A stretch of 64,000 nucleotides of DNA. It comes from a virus. The translations under genes were made by a program, and so were the position numbers. Shown piece by piece: positions 28,170 to 37,733 of this stretch. Every line of letters begins with the position of its first letter. The first letter of the stretch is position 1. A model generated the notes under the pieces. It searched no databases and had not been told where the DNA came from. It worked only from the letters and a program-made list of their open reading frames with translations. The stretch spans positions 1-64,000 of IMG/VR virus record IMGVR_UViG_3300049216_000035; one strand, 5' to 3'.

Positions 28170-28936
28170 ATCGTCGGGTCGGGAGCGACTGCTTTACGCG
28201 GTCGCTTTGCCACTTTCTTTGGCTCAGGACGCACGGGAGACTTGCCCAGGGTAGGAATACTCGTAATCTCGTCTACGAAGCCCTCAGCGAGAGCTTCTTC
28301 GGCTGAGACGTAGAAGTCTTTGCCGTCCACGAGCTTTTGATAATACGAGATGGGGCGACCCGTTCGCGCCGACAGAACCTCGTAAATCTGCTTCTCCAGC
28401 TTCTTGGAGAACAACGCATCGCGGAGATGGTTGCTCGTCGCATCCGCCGACTTACCGTACTGCGATTCGTGCATCATCATGCCGCCCTGCGGATCGATGG
28501 ATCGGTGATCGCAGAACTGCACGATGTCGAAGGCGGCCGACAGGGCAAACCCCGTGACGTGCGCGTTCACGACGCGGCCTTCTCGCCGCATCCGCGAGAT
28601 AGCACCGATGACCGCGAGGCCGAGCCCAACGTCGCCGCCGACCGACGAGATTTCAAGAGTAATGGGCTTGTCAGGCGGGAGTACGAGGTGAACCCGCTCT
28701 AACCGCGCCAGCAGTGAGGAGCCCATCGTTTGGCCGTCGTTGCTCGGGTCTTCTTCGTCCAGCATACCGACGAACGCGACGATGCCCTTGTCTTCGTTCG
28801 AGGGAGTAAACGCTTCTTCTGGTAGAAGCGCCACGAGCTTCGCCGCGAGCGAACGATCTATGTCGGCGCTCTCAGCCGTCATCGTCTGGATGAACAGGTC
28901 GATCAGCTTGGCGCGGGTCGAGAGTTCCTCAGCCAT
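28166..28936 (-). CDS. clpP: ClpP-like protease
   Basis: ITLEISSVGGDV, GFALSAA (Ser), MMMHE (His), DFYVSAEEALAEGFVDEI. Confidence 0.88.
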   Translation of the reverse strand: MAEELSTRAKLIDLFIQTMTAESADIDRSLAAKLVALLPEEAFTPSNEDKGIVAFVGMLDEEDPSNDGQTMGSSLLARLERVHLVLPPDKPITLEISSVGGDVGLGLAVIGAISRMRREGRVVNAHVTGFALSAAFDIVQFCDHRSIDPQGGMMMHESQYGKSADATSNHLRDALFSKKLEKQIYEVLSARTGRPISYYQKLVDGKDFYVSAEEALAEGFVDEITSIPTLGKSPVRPEPKKVAKRPRKAVAPDPTI

Positions 28937-28937
28937 T

Positions 28938-29486
28938 TTATGCCGCCATCTCCGTTCTGTCAAAAAGGCTGAACTGCGTTCCGACCGCAATCGTGTGCCG
29001 CTTTGCGGAATTACAGCTTATGCACAAGCCTTGAATGTTGTGGATGAAATTATTGCCTCCGCGCGCAAGCGGAATTATGTGATCGCGTTGTAGCTTTGCT
29101 TTCACGCCGCACCGGGCGCAACAGCCATTCTGTGTTGCGATGACGGCCTGCCATTCTTGCAACGAATGTGAACCAAAAGCGCCAAGTCGCGCAGCCCGGC
29201 GACGCGCACAAATCGCCCGCCATTCATCCGGGTGCGATCTGATCCAGGCTTGGTTTCGGGCACGTTCTTTATCGCGATTAGTGGCGTATTCGGCTTTTCG
29301 TTTTATCTGATACCTTGACTTATGCTTACGATAGTGTCGGGCACACTTCGCGCGTGATTGTTCACGAAACGTATCAGTCTTACTGTAGATCGTTCTGCGT
29401 CTATGACTATCGCAAGTTTTGCAAAACGCTTCTCCCGCGAGTTTTATGTGCCCGCATTTTCGTGGATGACCTACGGGTATCATCAC
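28938..29486 (-). CDS. HNH homing endonuclease
   Basis: CARCG...RDHIIPLARGGNNFIHNIQGLCISCNSAK. Confidence 0.9.
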   Translation of the reverse strand: MMIPVGHPRKCGHIKLAGEAFCKTCDSHRRRTIYSKTDTFREQSRAKCARHYRKHKSRYQIKRKAEYATNRDKERARNQAWIRSHPDEWRAICARRRAARLGAFGSHSLQEWQAVIATQNGCCARCGVKAKLQRDHIIPLARGGNNFIHNIQGLCISCNSAKRHTIAVGTQFSLFDRTEMAA

Positions 29487-30814
29487 GATGCAGCGTCATA
29501 GCCGTAAGTAGAGACGATACCTTCCGTGAAATCTCGCACCTCGAAATGTTGTCCTTGATATAAAGCCGCGCCTTCGACTATATGAATGGGATGAATCTGG
29601 TGCTTAGATTCGCCACCGAAATCGATCCACTCGAAGTGGATGATCCCCTGGAGCCAGTTCGTGCGCGCCTGATCGGACGGCACGGAGGTCTGCATGAGGC
29701 GACGCTTGCTCGTCGTGGCGTCTGTCCGGCAGAGGCAGCCAGTATCATAAGTCAAGTATTCTCGACGCCCCGCGCTTGAATGGACGACGTGGGTCGTAGC
29801 CTGTCCTAACTTATGCAAATGGCCGTGAATAACATTAGCCGCAAACTCTTTGGCCTTCGGCGGGGCGTGCATCAGCGCGAGGTCGTCCAGGACGTAGTAC
29901 GCGCCGCCCGGATACTGACCTGAGAACTCGATCCCTAGCTCGTCGTAGCGGAGCAAGAACTGCTCGCTGAAGACAGGCCATTCGGTTGGGTCGCCCGGAC
30001 GTTTTGCTCGCGTAAGGCCAAGCGATTCGCGGTTGTATTCGAGGAGGAAGACTTCCGGCCGGATCGCGTGGTTCGAGCCAATCTCGACCTTCTTCGCGCT
30101 CGACGGGGCAGCAGCGACAAAGCGCGCCTTCCACTCGTAGCCCGCTTGGATCGACGGTTGCGCGATCCCGAAGAATTCGGGGCGCTTCTGCCAGCGACTA
30201 ATCCAAGAGAAGTCCACCCAGTCGCCGATGAAGCCCATGAACTCCGGCTGGATGGAACCGATGATCTGCCGAGTCACTTCCATCGCCATCGGATCGTGGA
30301 TCGGTTCGACCTCACCACTCTCAATGTCGCGTAGGTAGCCAATCTGCGCGTCGCTAATGATAATGCCCTGATGGACCTTACGCATGATGCGCGGCGCGTC
30401 GTTGTATACAATCGTCGTCGGAGTAGCTGGCTGGACGAGCGGAAACTCGGGCGACGGGGGTATGATCCGCATCGCCTTCTTATAGAGGCCATGCTCCTCC
30501 CACTCACCGTCCTTGTTCTTGATACCGCCGCCCCACTCCGAAATATCGACGTGCTTGACGGTGCCGATGGACTCGACATCAATTGAGTTGTTGTCGATCA
30601 GTTCTTGAAGGCGGTTCGTCCGTTCGGGAATTGACCTTTCAAAAACAGTCGGGCGATTCGATGTGCCCGCGAGCCGGATGCGAGCGATGCGCTTCCGCAC
30701 TTGAGACGCAGAAAGGCCCACGACCTTTGCGGTCTGGGCAGCATCTTGTTCCAATGCAGTGTATGTTTTAAGAAGCTCGGCATCGCTAACGATGTAGCTC
30801 GGAGTCAAGTCCAA
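29483..30814 (-). CDS. calcineurin-like metallophosphoesterase with N-terminal HTH
   Basis: ISDAQIG, GDWVD, SNH, MH, IHGHLH. Confidence 0.8.
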   Translation of the reverse strand: MDLTPSYIVSDAELLKTYTALEQDAAQTAKVVGLSASQVRKRIARIRLAGTSNRPTVFERSIPERTNRLQELIDNNSIDVESIGTVKHVDISEWGGGIKNKDGEWEEHGLYKKAMRIIPPSPEFPLVQPATPTTIVYNDAPRIMRKVHQGIIISDAQIGYLRDIESGEVEPIHDPMAMEVTRQIIGSIQPEFMGFIGDWVDFSWISRWQKRPEFFGIAQPSIQAGYEWKARFVAAAPSSAKKVEIGSNHAIRPEVFLLEYNRESLGLTRAKRPGDPTEWPVFSEQFLLRYDELGIEFSGQYPGGAYYVLDDLALMHAPPKAKEFAANVIHGHLHKLGQATTHVVHSSAGRREYLTYDTGCLCRTDATTSKRRLMQTSVPSDQARTNWLQGIIHFEWIDFGGESKHQIHPIHIVEGAALYQGQHFEVRDFTEGIVSTYGYDAAS

Positions 30815-30828
30815 GGTATTTCTAGCCT

Positions 30829-31110
30829 TTACTTAGCGGGGTTAGTCGGCGCGGGGGGCGTGACCGGAGCGTTCGTTGAGGCCGAACGCGGATTCACGAC
30901 CGACGAGACATAGTTGTGGAACAGGCCCACACCAATGACATACGCGACTGCAGCGACTGGGTGCGCCGTCAAGTACGCCTGAGTTCCGCCAGTCGGGTTC
31001 GTGAGAACCGTATCGACTGAATTAGCCGCCGCAGCCAAGGCTGCGCCAGCGATCTGCGAAAACAGAGTCTTGAGAAAAGGGTTACTGCCAATAGAGTTCC
31101 AGATAGACAC
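30829..31110 (-). CDS. small membrane protein, holin candidate
   Basis: Two hydrophobic helices; downstream of the amidase. Confidence 0.5.
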   Translation of the reverse strand: MSIWNSIGSNPFLKTLFSQIAGAALAAAANSVDTVLTNPTGGTQAYLTAHPVAAVAYVIGVGLFHNYVSSVVNPRSASTNAPVTPPAPTNPAK

Positions 31111-31124
31111 GGAAAGTCCTTCCT

Positions 31125-31358
31125 TTACTCCCTTAGTGTATCAGGAACCGTGGAGACAAGGGTAGTCTCGGCGGCGTCAAACCGGACTTGACTTAGCAGA
31201 AGACCAGAGAACAGTCCCGAAAAGTAGACTAGCGCCAGAGTCGTACCAATCTGGACCCACTCGTGACGGGTGAAGTGGTGGAACTGATCCACGATGATCG
31301 CTGCACCCACGAGCAGCAGAATGATAATCCCGAGGACCGCGCGCTGAATCCCTACCAG
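31125..31358 (-). CDS. membrane protein (start uncertain)
   Basis: Two TM segments in the C-terminal part of ORF 31125-31718. Confidence 0.45.
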   Translation of the reverse strand: MVGIQRAVLGIIILLLVGAAIIVDQFHHFTRHEWVQIGTTLALVYFSGLFSGLLLSQVRFDAAETTLVSTVPDTLRE

Positions 31359-31663
31359 TCGTCGCTGGGCGATACGGGTGGGGGCGTCTCCGTAGGCGGT
31401 TTGGATGAAGACGGGTTCCGATTGTCCAGGTCGAATCGGATCGGGAAGAGTCTGCTTTTGACTTCCAGACTGATGCGTAGGCCCTGGAGCAGCGAGAGCC
31501 AACTGCCGTTCCCGAGGACGCTGACCCCAATCATCAAACCGAAAAGTTTCAATAGCACTGGCCTGTCCGCGTGTTCCCATATCGTCTCGTAGAGAACGCC
31601 GCCGATTCCAACCACTTGAGCTAGAATCAGCACCCACTGACGCACCAAAGTTATGAGTGCCAT
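31352..31663 (-). CDS. membrane protein, holin candidate
   Basis: Two TM segments and a Pro-rich tail; in the lysis cluster. Confidence 0.5.
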   Translation of the reverse strand: MALITLVRQWVLILAQVVGIGGVLYETIWEHADRPVLLKLFGLMIGVSVLGNGSWLSLLQGLRISLEVKSRLFPIRFDLDNRNPSSSKPPTETPPPVSPSDDW

Positions 31664-31701
31664 TAGCCCATCCCAGGACGGTAGAAAGTGAAAGCATACA
31701 C

Positions 31702-32406
31702 TTATCCTTGAAGTGCAAGTTTGTAAGAGCGGATTAGAGTGCGGAGCGCGTTTCCGCAGATCGTCGCCGAGTCAGCCGTCACTGGTCCCGGTACGAACGC
31801 TGCGAGGTCCCAACGCTCTACATCGCCTATGGGAGACGGACCATAGGGCGTATATGCGGCTGGCGTACCCGGAAGGTTCGCAGCCTCGGCGTGAGTCAGC
31901 ACGTTGACTTCGCCGTAGAACGGGTCAGTATCTAATGATAATCCCGAGATGTCGATGCCGTACTTCGTCGCGACCGCAGCCGCCGCAGCGCAAAGCCACG
32001 TCAGCCCTTCGACCGTTACGCCGTCCGGGCCAAAGTTGTCTGCCGTTGCGCCGTCCATGCCATCGAGCGCGATCCCGACACCGCCCGTATTGCGGTGATA
32101 GGTATGTTCGGCGTAGCCGTTAGAATCGAACGTGGATCGGGCGTTCTTGCGAACGTCCGTTGAATGATTGATCGCGTAGTGGCCGTTCGATTCCGTTATG
32201 ACGAAGTTGTAGGCCGCATCGACGCAGCCCATCGCCTGGACTGACCAGTGCAAGTAGATGCGCGTCAGATCGGGATCGGCGTAGTCTACGTTGGATCGAT
32301 TCCCCATGTTCACATCGGGGAGCGTAGCCATGAACGCCTTCGCCGCTGCGAGGATCGCAGGATCGACGGGGGCTTTCGGATCGAACGCCCCTAATGGAAA
32401 ACTCAT
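31702..32406 (-). CDS. N-acetylmuramoyl-L-alanine amidase-like endolysin
   Basis: IYLHWS, YNFVI, HTYHRNTG.VGIAL, VLTHAE, RWD. Confidence 0.8.
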   Translation of the reverse strand: MSFPLGAFDPKAPVDPAILAAAKAFMATLPDVNMGNRSNVDYADPDLTRIYLHWSVQAMGCVDAAYNFVITESNGHYAINHSTDVRKNARSTFDSNGYAEHTYHRNTGGVGIALDGMDGATADNFGPDGVTVEGLTWLCAAAAAVATKYGIDISGLSLDTDPFYGEVNVLTHAEAANLPGTPAAYTPYGPSPIGDVERWDLAAFVPGPVTADSATICGNALRTLIRSYKLALQG

Positions 32407-32939
32407 GCCGCCAACCTCGCTTTGACGGATTCACTGATCCGCGCTCGCGTTACGTCTGAAACGGCATGACCTTTCAGAGTCGCTGCGATCCTGGCACGGT
32501 ATTCTGGAGTGCTGCGTTTGCGAGCGGCTTCGGCCATTCTCTCACGGGTTTCCGCAGACTTAGGTCGGCGCGATGACGGCTTCGATACTCCGCGTTGGGC
32601 AAGTGCGATCTTCGCACGGCGCTCGGCGGGCATCGGGCCGTGCTTTACCCCGAGGCAATTTCCGGCTATCTTCGCCTCGTTGAACGCGGGCCGGAGTGTG
32701 TCCAAGAATAACTGCTCACGCGCCAGTAGGTCGGGACTTGCACACGTCTCAAGAATGACAAAGCCGAACGCATCGGGACCATACTTGTCCCAGGCGCGTT
32801 GGAGGAACGCCGAGTGATGAAGCCCCTTACGCAGATCGCGCTTATGCCGCAGCCAGCGATCTTCGACGCTAACGCTCGATCCGACGTACTGCCGACCTGT
32901 TGCGAGATGCTGTATCGCGTAAATGCCGCTAGTTTTCAT
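32403..32939 (-). CDS. GIY-YIG homing endonuclease with NUMOD3-like repeats
   Basis: SGIYAI...YVGSS...RW..H, LQRAW.KYG. Confidence 0.92.
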   Translation of the reverse strand: MKTSGIYAIQHLATGRQYVGSSVSVEDRWLRHKRDLRKGLHHSAFLQRAWDKYGPDAFGFVILETCASPDLLAREQLFLDTLRPAFNEAKIAGNCLGVKHGPMPAERRAKIALAQRGVSKPSSRRPKSAETRERMAEAARKRSTPEYRARIAATLKGHAVSDVTRARISESVKARLAA

Positions 32940-32941
32940 AT

Positions 32942-33466
32942 CTAGGGCCACACAACGTCCAATTTGACGACTCCGCCCTGGGCCTGAACCCATTTAACGA
33001 AAGGTACAAAGATTTGTTCATTGTCGTGGTTTTGCAGGCGCAAGCAACCGAATGTGTACTCAAACCCTTGGTACATCGCGAACGGGTCGGGAAGATCGGA
33101 GCCGCCCCCGTGGATGCCGATACCGCCGCGTCCGTGGATCGCGAACGAGTGCTGATCGGAATCACCGAGCGGGGTGAACCAGCAGCCGTAGGCCGGATCG
33201 TCGCTGTTGTTGAGATGGACCTGCCCGTCCGTAAGGCGCGTAGCGCACGGTTCCGGGGCCATGACGGCGTAGTTCGTGCCCGGCGGGCACTTGCAGTCGT
33301 GGCCGTAGACATCCTCGCCCTGGGTGATCGTAGAGTCGTCTACGCCCACGTCATGGCAAGGGACAGTATGAAGCAGACCGTCCGGCTTCCCGAGGGCGGC
33401 CGCTCCCTTGATGAACATCTTCAAGACGCGCGAAGCGCCGTTGAACACCAAGTGTCCTTCGATCAT
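32942..33466 (-). CDS. L,D-transpeptidase (YkuD) catalytic-domain protein
   Basis: GRGGIGIHGGGS...TFGCLRLQN (His/Cys pair). Confidence 0.8.
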   Translation of the reverse strand: MIEGHLVFNGASRVLKMFIKGAAALGKPDGLLHTVPCHDVGVDDSTITQGEDVYGHDCKCPPGTNYAVMAPEPCATRLTDGQVHLNNSDDPAYGCWFTPLGDSDQHSFAIHGRGGIGIHGGGSDLPDPFAMYQGFEYTFGCLRLQNHDNEQIFVPFVKWVQAQGGVVKLDVVWP

Positions 33467-33538
33467 ACTATCTCTTGATTTGAAAACTAGAGTGAGGCGG
33501 TACTCTTAGTCTACCATCAAGAGAGAGTCAAGTGTTAG

Positions 33539-36500
33539 CTAAACACTCCACAGGCGGGGTGTTCCGTCTCCGGCGACTTTTCGATCAGTATCAATAGTAT
33601 AGCGGAGGTCTTTGATCTGTACGATATTCGAATCGGTGAATAGGCCAATGCCCATTCCCTCGGTAGTGAAATTGAGAGATAGTGGTCCGCATAGAGTAGA
33701 GTACCCGTTGTAACTTAGGTACATCAATACCGTCCCATCGCCGCAATCTGTCAAGGTGATGCGAAAGTAAACGTACTGATTTGAAGACGGCGGATACTGA
33801 GTATCGTCATTAACGGAGTTTGTGTATGTCGCGGTACCGCTCGTAGGGTCTCCGGTATATGTATAAAATACGTCGGCTCCGGTACCAGAATCGCTTCTAC
33901 CAATTACGATAACGCCGCCAGTCGAGTTACCCATTAAAAGACCAAAGGCACCCGTTCCGCTGTTGGACTTCATCCAGCCATCCATTACGACTGTTGCGCC
34001 GACGGCATATGCGGCGGTTTGATCTGCGAAGATGGCTCTTATCCCGCCAGAAGTGGTTCCGGGCGTAACGATGTACGTTCCATCGCTTTGCAGTACAGAA
34101 GACGTAGCGTGGGTGTTGAACGTAAGCGGTGTTGAAGTTATTCCGCCACCACCGCCCCCGCCCGCCGCTTTAAGGTCAATGTGACCAGCCGACGGAGTGA
34201 TCGTTACCGAACTGTCTGACGATCCGAGTGTGATCGCACCCGTTTCGCCTGCAAGCGAAGTAACGCCCCCGCCCCCACCACCGCCTGCGACTTCGAGAGT
34301 GATATTGCTACCGCTGGACCCAATGGTAACGGAACTATCGGGCGACGTAATGGAAACCGCACCAGTCTTGGAGTTAATTGAGCTAACGCCGCCACCGCCA
34401 CCTGCCGCTTCAAGGTGAATGACGCCGCCGGACTCAGAGATCGTAACGCTAGAGTCGGGAGAATTGAATGTAACGGCTCCCGTCGCACCCTGTACGCTCT
34501 TGACGGCCGCTTCAAGGTGAATGTCCGAGCCGGACGGCGTGACCGAAATCGAAGAGTCGGGCGAGTCAATAGTCAGCGCGCCCGCTTCACCGTTGACGGA
34601 CTTGACGCCGTTGTTCTCGATGTTTATGTCGGTGCCGGAAGCCGTGACCGTAAGCGAGCCGTCCGTCGATTCAATCGTCAGATCGCCCGTAAGTCCATTA
34701 AGCTCACCAACGCCACCACCTACTGCTTCTAGATGGATCGTATCCCCGGTCGAAGTGATCGCTATCGACGAGTCGGGCGAGTCGAGTACAACTGCACCAG
34801 TCTTCCCCTGGAGGCTAGAAACGCCCGCGCTCGCTCCCGTCACGGACAAATTGATACTTTCGCCCGTCACGGTAATATCTACCGAAGAGTCAGTAGACTC
34901 AATCGTGACATCCCCTTTAAGGGTGTTGAGGCTCGTAACAGCGACGTCAGTCAACGCGCCACTTTGAAGGGCAGATGACGGGATGCTACCCGGTTGGTAA
35001 TTATTCTTCCCGATACCGCCCTGAACGCGCAGGTCTTTGTTTCCGATGATGCTGCCGTTTTGAACACTGAAGCGCCAACCGGGAATGACGCCATTGTCAT
35101 ACGCCGGAGGCAGCCCCTTTACTACCTGGAGGCCAGGACCGCTCGGGCCCGTTCCAAACGATTCGTTTTGATTCTGGGCAAAGACGACGTGGTACGTCCC
35201 GTCGCCTGATTCTAAACTCGAACTGTCCTTCAACGGCAGCGTGATGTTACTGCCGCCCGTCGATACCGTCGTCGTGCCGCCGTAGAATACGCCCGTCGGG
35301 GGCGTAAAGGTAACGGTCGGGGGCGTCGTGCTACTGTCGTTAGATACATAATCTAAGCCAGCCTGGAGGTATGTTTGCGATACCTTGGTCGAGTTCGCCG
35401 CCGCCGCTTGTTGCGATTGTTGTGTCGTCGCTGCGGCACCGATAGCTGCGTAATATGCCTGGTCAATGTATGGGCGCGGCGCGGTGAACGAAACCTCTTG
35501 TTCGATGCGGTCCCCGTCTTCGGACTGGCCGAAAGACGTTACGACCTGAATTACGCGCACTTGCTTGACGTTTTGAGGGTGCGTCGTAGAGATTTCGTTT
35601 GTACCGATGATAAAGGTTTCGCCCGTATCTTGAATACCCGGTTCCATGATCTGGAGCCACTGACCGGATCGCATTTGATCGGTCGGCGCGAACTTCTTGA
35701 ACGTCCCTTGCGGCTGAGGGTAGCCGTTCATAATCAGGTACGCGGTCGCGTAGTTCGAAAGCGAAGCGGTTGAAATCAGGCTCGTGTCCGTAACCTGCTT
35801 TTGACGCAGCCCGTAAAGACTGATCGACGTCGAGTCCTTGAACGGCCCGTAGACCGTCAGTCCAGTCGTTGGGTCTTGTCCGCCGTATAGCGCGATTTGA
35901 TTTGCGAGGTCCGCCGCTGAGTTCTGGATCGAGTAGTCGTACATCGTGGAGTTTTTGTACTCCGGGAAATACGCTGATGCGATCTTACGCGCGGGCGTAT
36001 AATACGACTCCGTTACGAGTGCGGGGTCTTGTTGGGGCTGAATGATAAGTTGCGGCAGTCCGTAACGGGTGCCACGCACCCACCATTCGTACAGGTTTCC
36101 ACTTTCGTTCAGGACTTGCTTTACAACGGTATCAATACATTGATCTAACCCCGTACCGTCGAAACTGATCGCATCCAAACCGATAGGCATCGAAGCGACG
36201 AAGCTCGTCCCGAAATGTTCAGAGTCGAGATATGTCGTGATGAGGTGAAGGAGATACTCGTCCGCGTATTCGATCCCGTTATCGACGCCATTTGACTGTA
36301 CGCCAGGGGATAGCGTTTCCGTGACAATCGCACGGGACATGAACGTAGACCAGCCGTCCGTAATAACGGTAATCGAATCATGGTCGTACTCGTCATCGTC
36401 TTGGGTTTGATCGAACTCTGAAACGTAGCCGTCGTACCACGGATCAATAGAATCGTTCAAATAGAATTGAACACGGTAATCGTAGTTTATCCAGCCCACA

Positions 36501-36826
36501 TCTACGAAGTTACGCGGAACCTGGAAGGTGCCAGAACTAGAGCCGCCGTTGACAATATCCGTGAACGACCCTTGCAGCGCATCCACGATAACGGTGATTA
36601 ATTGTCCCGACGTGTTGAAGACGTAGATTGCGTAGGTTACATAGTCACCCTGCACGCCGAGATTGTCCAGGACTTCTTTGACAATATCGAGTGTGGGGCG
36701 CGCTGGGCTCGTGCGGGTGAACTGCGACGCTTTTGCAGTAAAGACGGAGGTTGTCGTTTGGCTTCTTGAATACTGACCCGCAAGGACAATAACTTCGTCA
36801 GGTTGAGGCGTAATAGGCGTTGGCAA
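33539..36826 (-). CDS. tail tip/receptor-binding protein with seven internal repeats
   Basis: Last tail gene; Tal/hub-like N-terminal part (SISLYGLRQK), repeat stalk, beta-rich C-terminal domain. Confidence 0.75.
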   Translation of the reverse strand: MPTPITPQPDEVIVLAGQYSRSQTTTSVFTAKASQFTRTSPARPTLDIVKEVLDNLGVQGDYVTYAIYVFNTSGQLITVIVDALQGSFTDIVNGGSSSGTFQVPRNFVDVGWINYDYRVQFYLNDSIDPWYDGYVSEFDQTQDDDEYDHDSITVITDGWSTFMSRAIVTETLSPGVQSNGVDNGIEYADEYLLHLITTYLDSEHFGTSFVASMPIGLDAISFDGTGLDQCIDTVVKQVLNESGNLYEWWVRGTRYGLPQLIIQPQQDPALVTESYYTPARKIASAYFPEYKNSTMYDYSIQNSAADLANQIALYGGQDPTTGLTVYGPFKDSTSISLYGLRQKQVTDTSLISTASLSNYATAYLIMNGYPQPQGTFKKFAPTDQMRSGQWLQIMEPGIQDTGETFIIGTNEISTTHPQNVKQVRVIQVVTSFGQSEDGDRIEQEVSFTAPRPYIDQAYYAAIGAAATTQQSQQAAAANSTKVSQTYLQAGLDYVSNDSSTTPPTVTFTPPTGVFYGGTTTVSTGGSNITLPLKDSSSLESGDGTYHVVFAQNQNESFGTGPSGPGLQVVKGLPPAYDNGVIPGWRFSVQNGSIIGNKDLRVQGGIGKNNYQPGSIPSSALQSGALTDVAVTSLNTLKGDVTIESTDSSVDITVTGESINLSVTGASAGVSSLQGKTGAVVLDSPDSSIAITSTGDTIHLEAVGGGVGELNGLTGDLTIESTDGSLTVTASGTDINIENNGVKSVNGEAGALTIDSPDSSISVTPSGSDIHLEAAVKSVQGATGAVTFNSPDSSVTISESGGVIHLEAAGGGGGVSSINSKTGAVSITSPDSSVTIGSSGSNITLEVAGGGGGGGVTSLAGETGAITLGSSDSSVTITPSAGHIDLKAAGGGGGGGITSTPLTFNTHATSSVLQSDGTYIVTPGTTSGGIRAIFADQTAAYAVGATVVMDGWMKSNSGTGAFGLLMGNSTGGVIVIGRSDSGTGADVFYTYTGDPTSGTATYTNSVNDDTQYPPSSNQYVYFRITLTDCGDGTVLMYLSYNGYSTLCGPLSLNFTTEGMGIGLFTDSNIVQIKDLRYTIDTDRKVAGDGTPRLWSV
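34160..34950 (-). repeat. seven ~35-40 aa repeats (V.S.NG.TG...I.S.DSS...T.SG..I.LE)
   Basis: Visible in the translation of 33539-36826. Confidence 0.85.
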
Positions 36827-36835
36827 AATATGACT

Positions 36836-37729
36836 CTATTCGTAACGCATCAAAATATGAGCACCCGCCGGATTAGACGGGGACTGTGCCGGATTTGACG
36901 TTAAGACCATGTAGTTATGATTGACCCCATCGTACATCGGAAGCGTTTGCGCGACGTAGGATGTGAAATCGGTTCCGAGATAACACGCGAAGTTCAGGCC
37001 CGGTACGCATGGATAGGTATTAAAGTAACCAGGGATCGCGACACCAATCTTTGACCCGGTTGCCATCGTCGGCAGCACGCGATTTAATGCAAGCGGCCAG
37101 TACGGCTGTGCAGTTGAAAATGGACCTCCAGCGCTTGTCGCTGGTAGCATGCCGATATTAACGGAGGCTGTGTTAGCGCCGTTACTGCAGAACGCAAATA
37201 ACAAACCCGCTGAAGAATCAGACCCGTCAAGATTCTTCGTTCGCTCGAAGCCCCATACGGCCGAATTGAAGACGTTCGGTCCGTCATTGTAGGCCATGCA
37301 GAATCTATTCGTATCACCAGAGAAATACGAATTGAGGCTCACACCGAGCGTACCGGAACTCATGTACGCGCCCCAATTGTAAGTGTCGGTTAGTTGTGTC
37401 CCAGTAAAATTACCAGCGCCGTCCGTTGCCGTTCCGAACGTCACTCCGAGATTAGTCTGAGAGTTGTTATAACTGAAGGAAGCTGCCTGGTATTCTATTT
37501 TTATGAAAAACGGTGCAGTAGCCTGGAGGGAGTCCCCAAACTTCCACATCTGATAGCCATAGCTTGTGGCGTCGCTCCACGTTAAAGACGACGGCGTGCA
37601 TTGACCCGTGTCGCTAGTTTGAACGAGCCCTGCCGCCGCAAGCTGGTTTGCGATTGTGCTATAGACTGACTGAAGCTGCGCCGTATTACCGACGTTTGTA
37701 GGCAGGCTGATTTTGTGTGCAATACTCAT
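36836..37729 (-). CDS. virion structural/tail-associated protein (paralog A)
   Basis: 297 aa; shares F.DSLQAT.P, SGDTNR, ERTK..G.D and HI.MR.E with the next ORF. Confidence 0.65.
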   Translation of the reverse strand: MSIAHKISLPTNVGNTAQLQSVYSTIANQLAAAGLVQTSDTGQCTPSSLTWSDATSYGYQMWKFGDSLQATAPFFIKIEYQAASFSYNNSQTNLGVTFGTATDGAGNFTGTQLTDTYNWGAYMSSGTLGVSLNSYFSGDTNRFCMAYNDGPNVFNSAVWGFERTKNLDGSDSSAGLLFAFCSNGANTASVNIGMLPATSAGGPFSTAQPYWPLALNRVLPTMATGSKIGVAIPGYFNTYPCVPGLNFACYLGTDFTSYVAQTLPMYDGVNHNYMVLTSNPAQSPSNPAGAHILMRYE

Positions 37730-37733
37730 ATGA

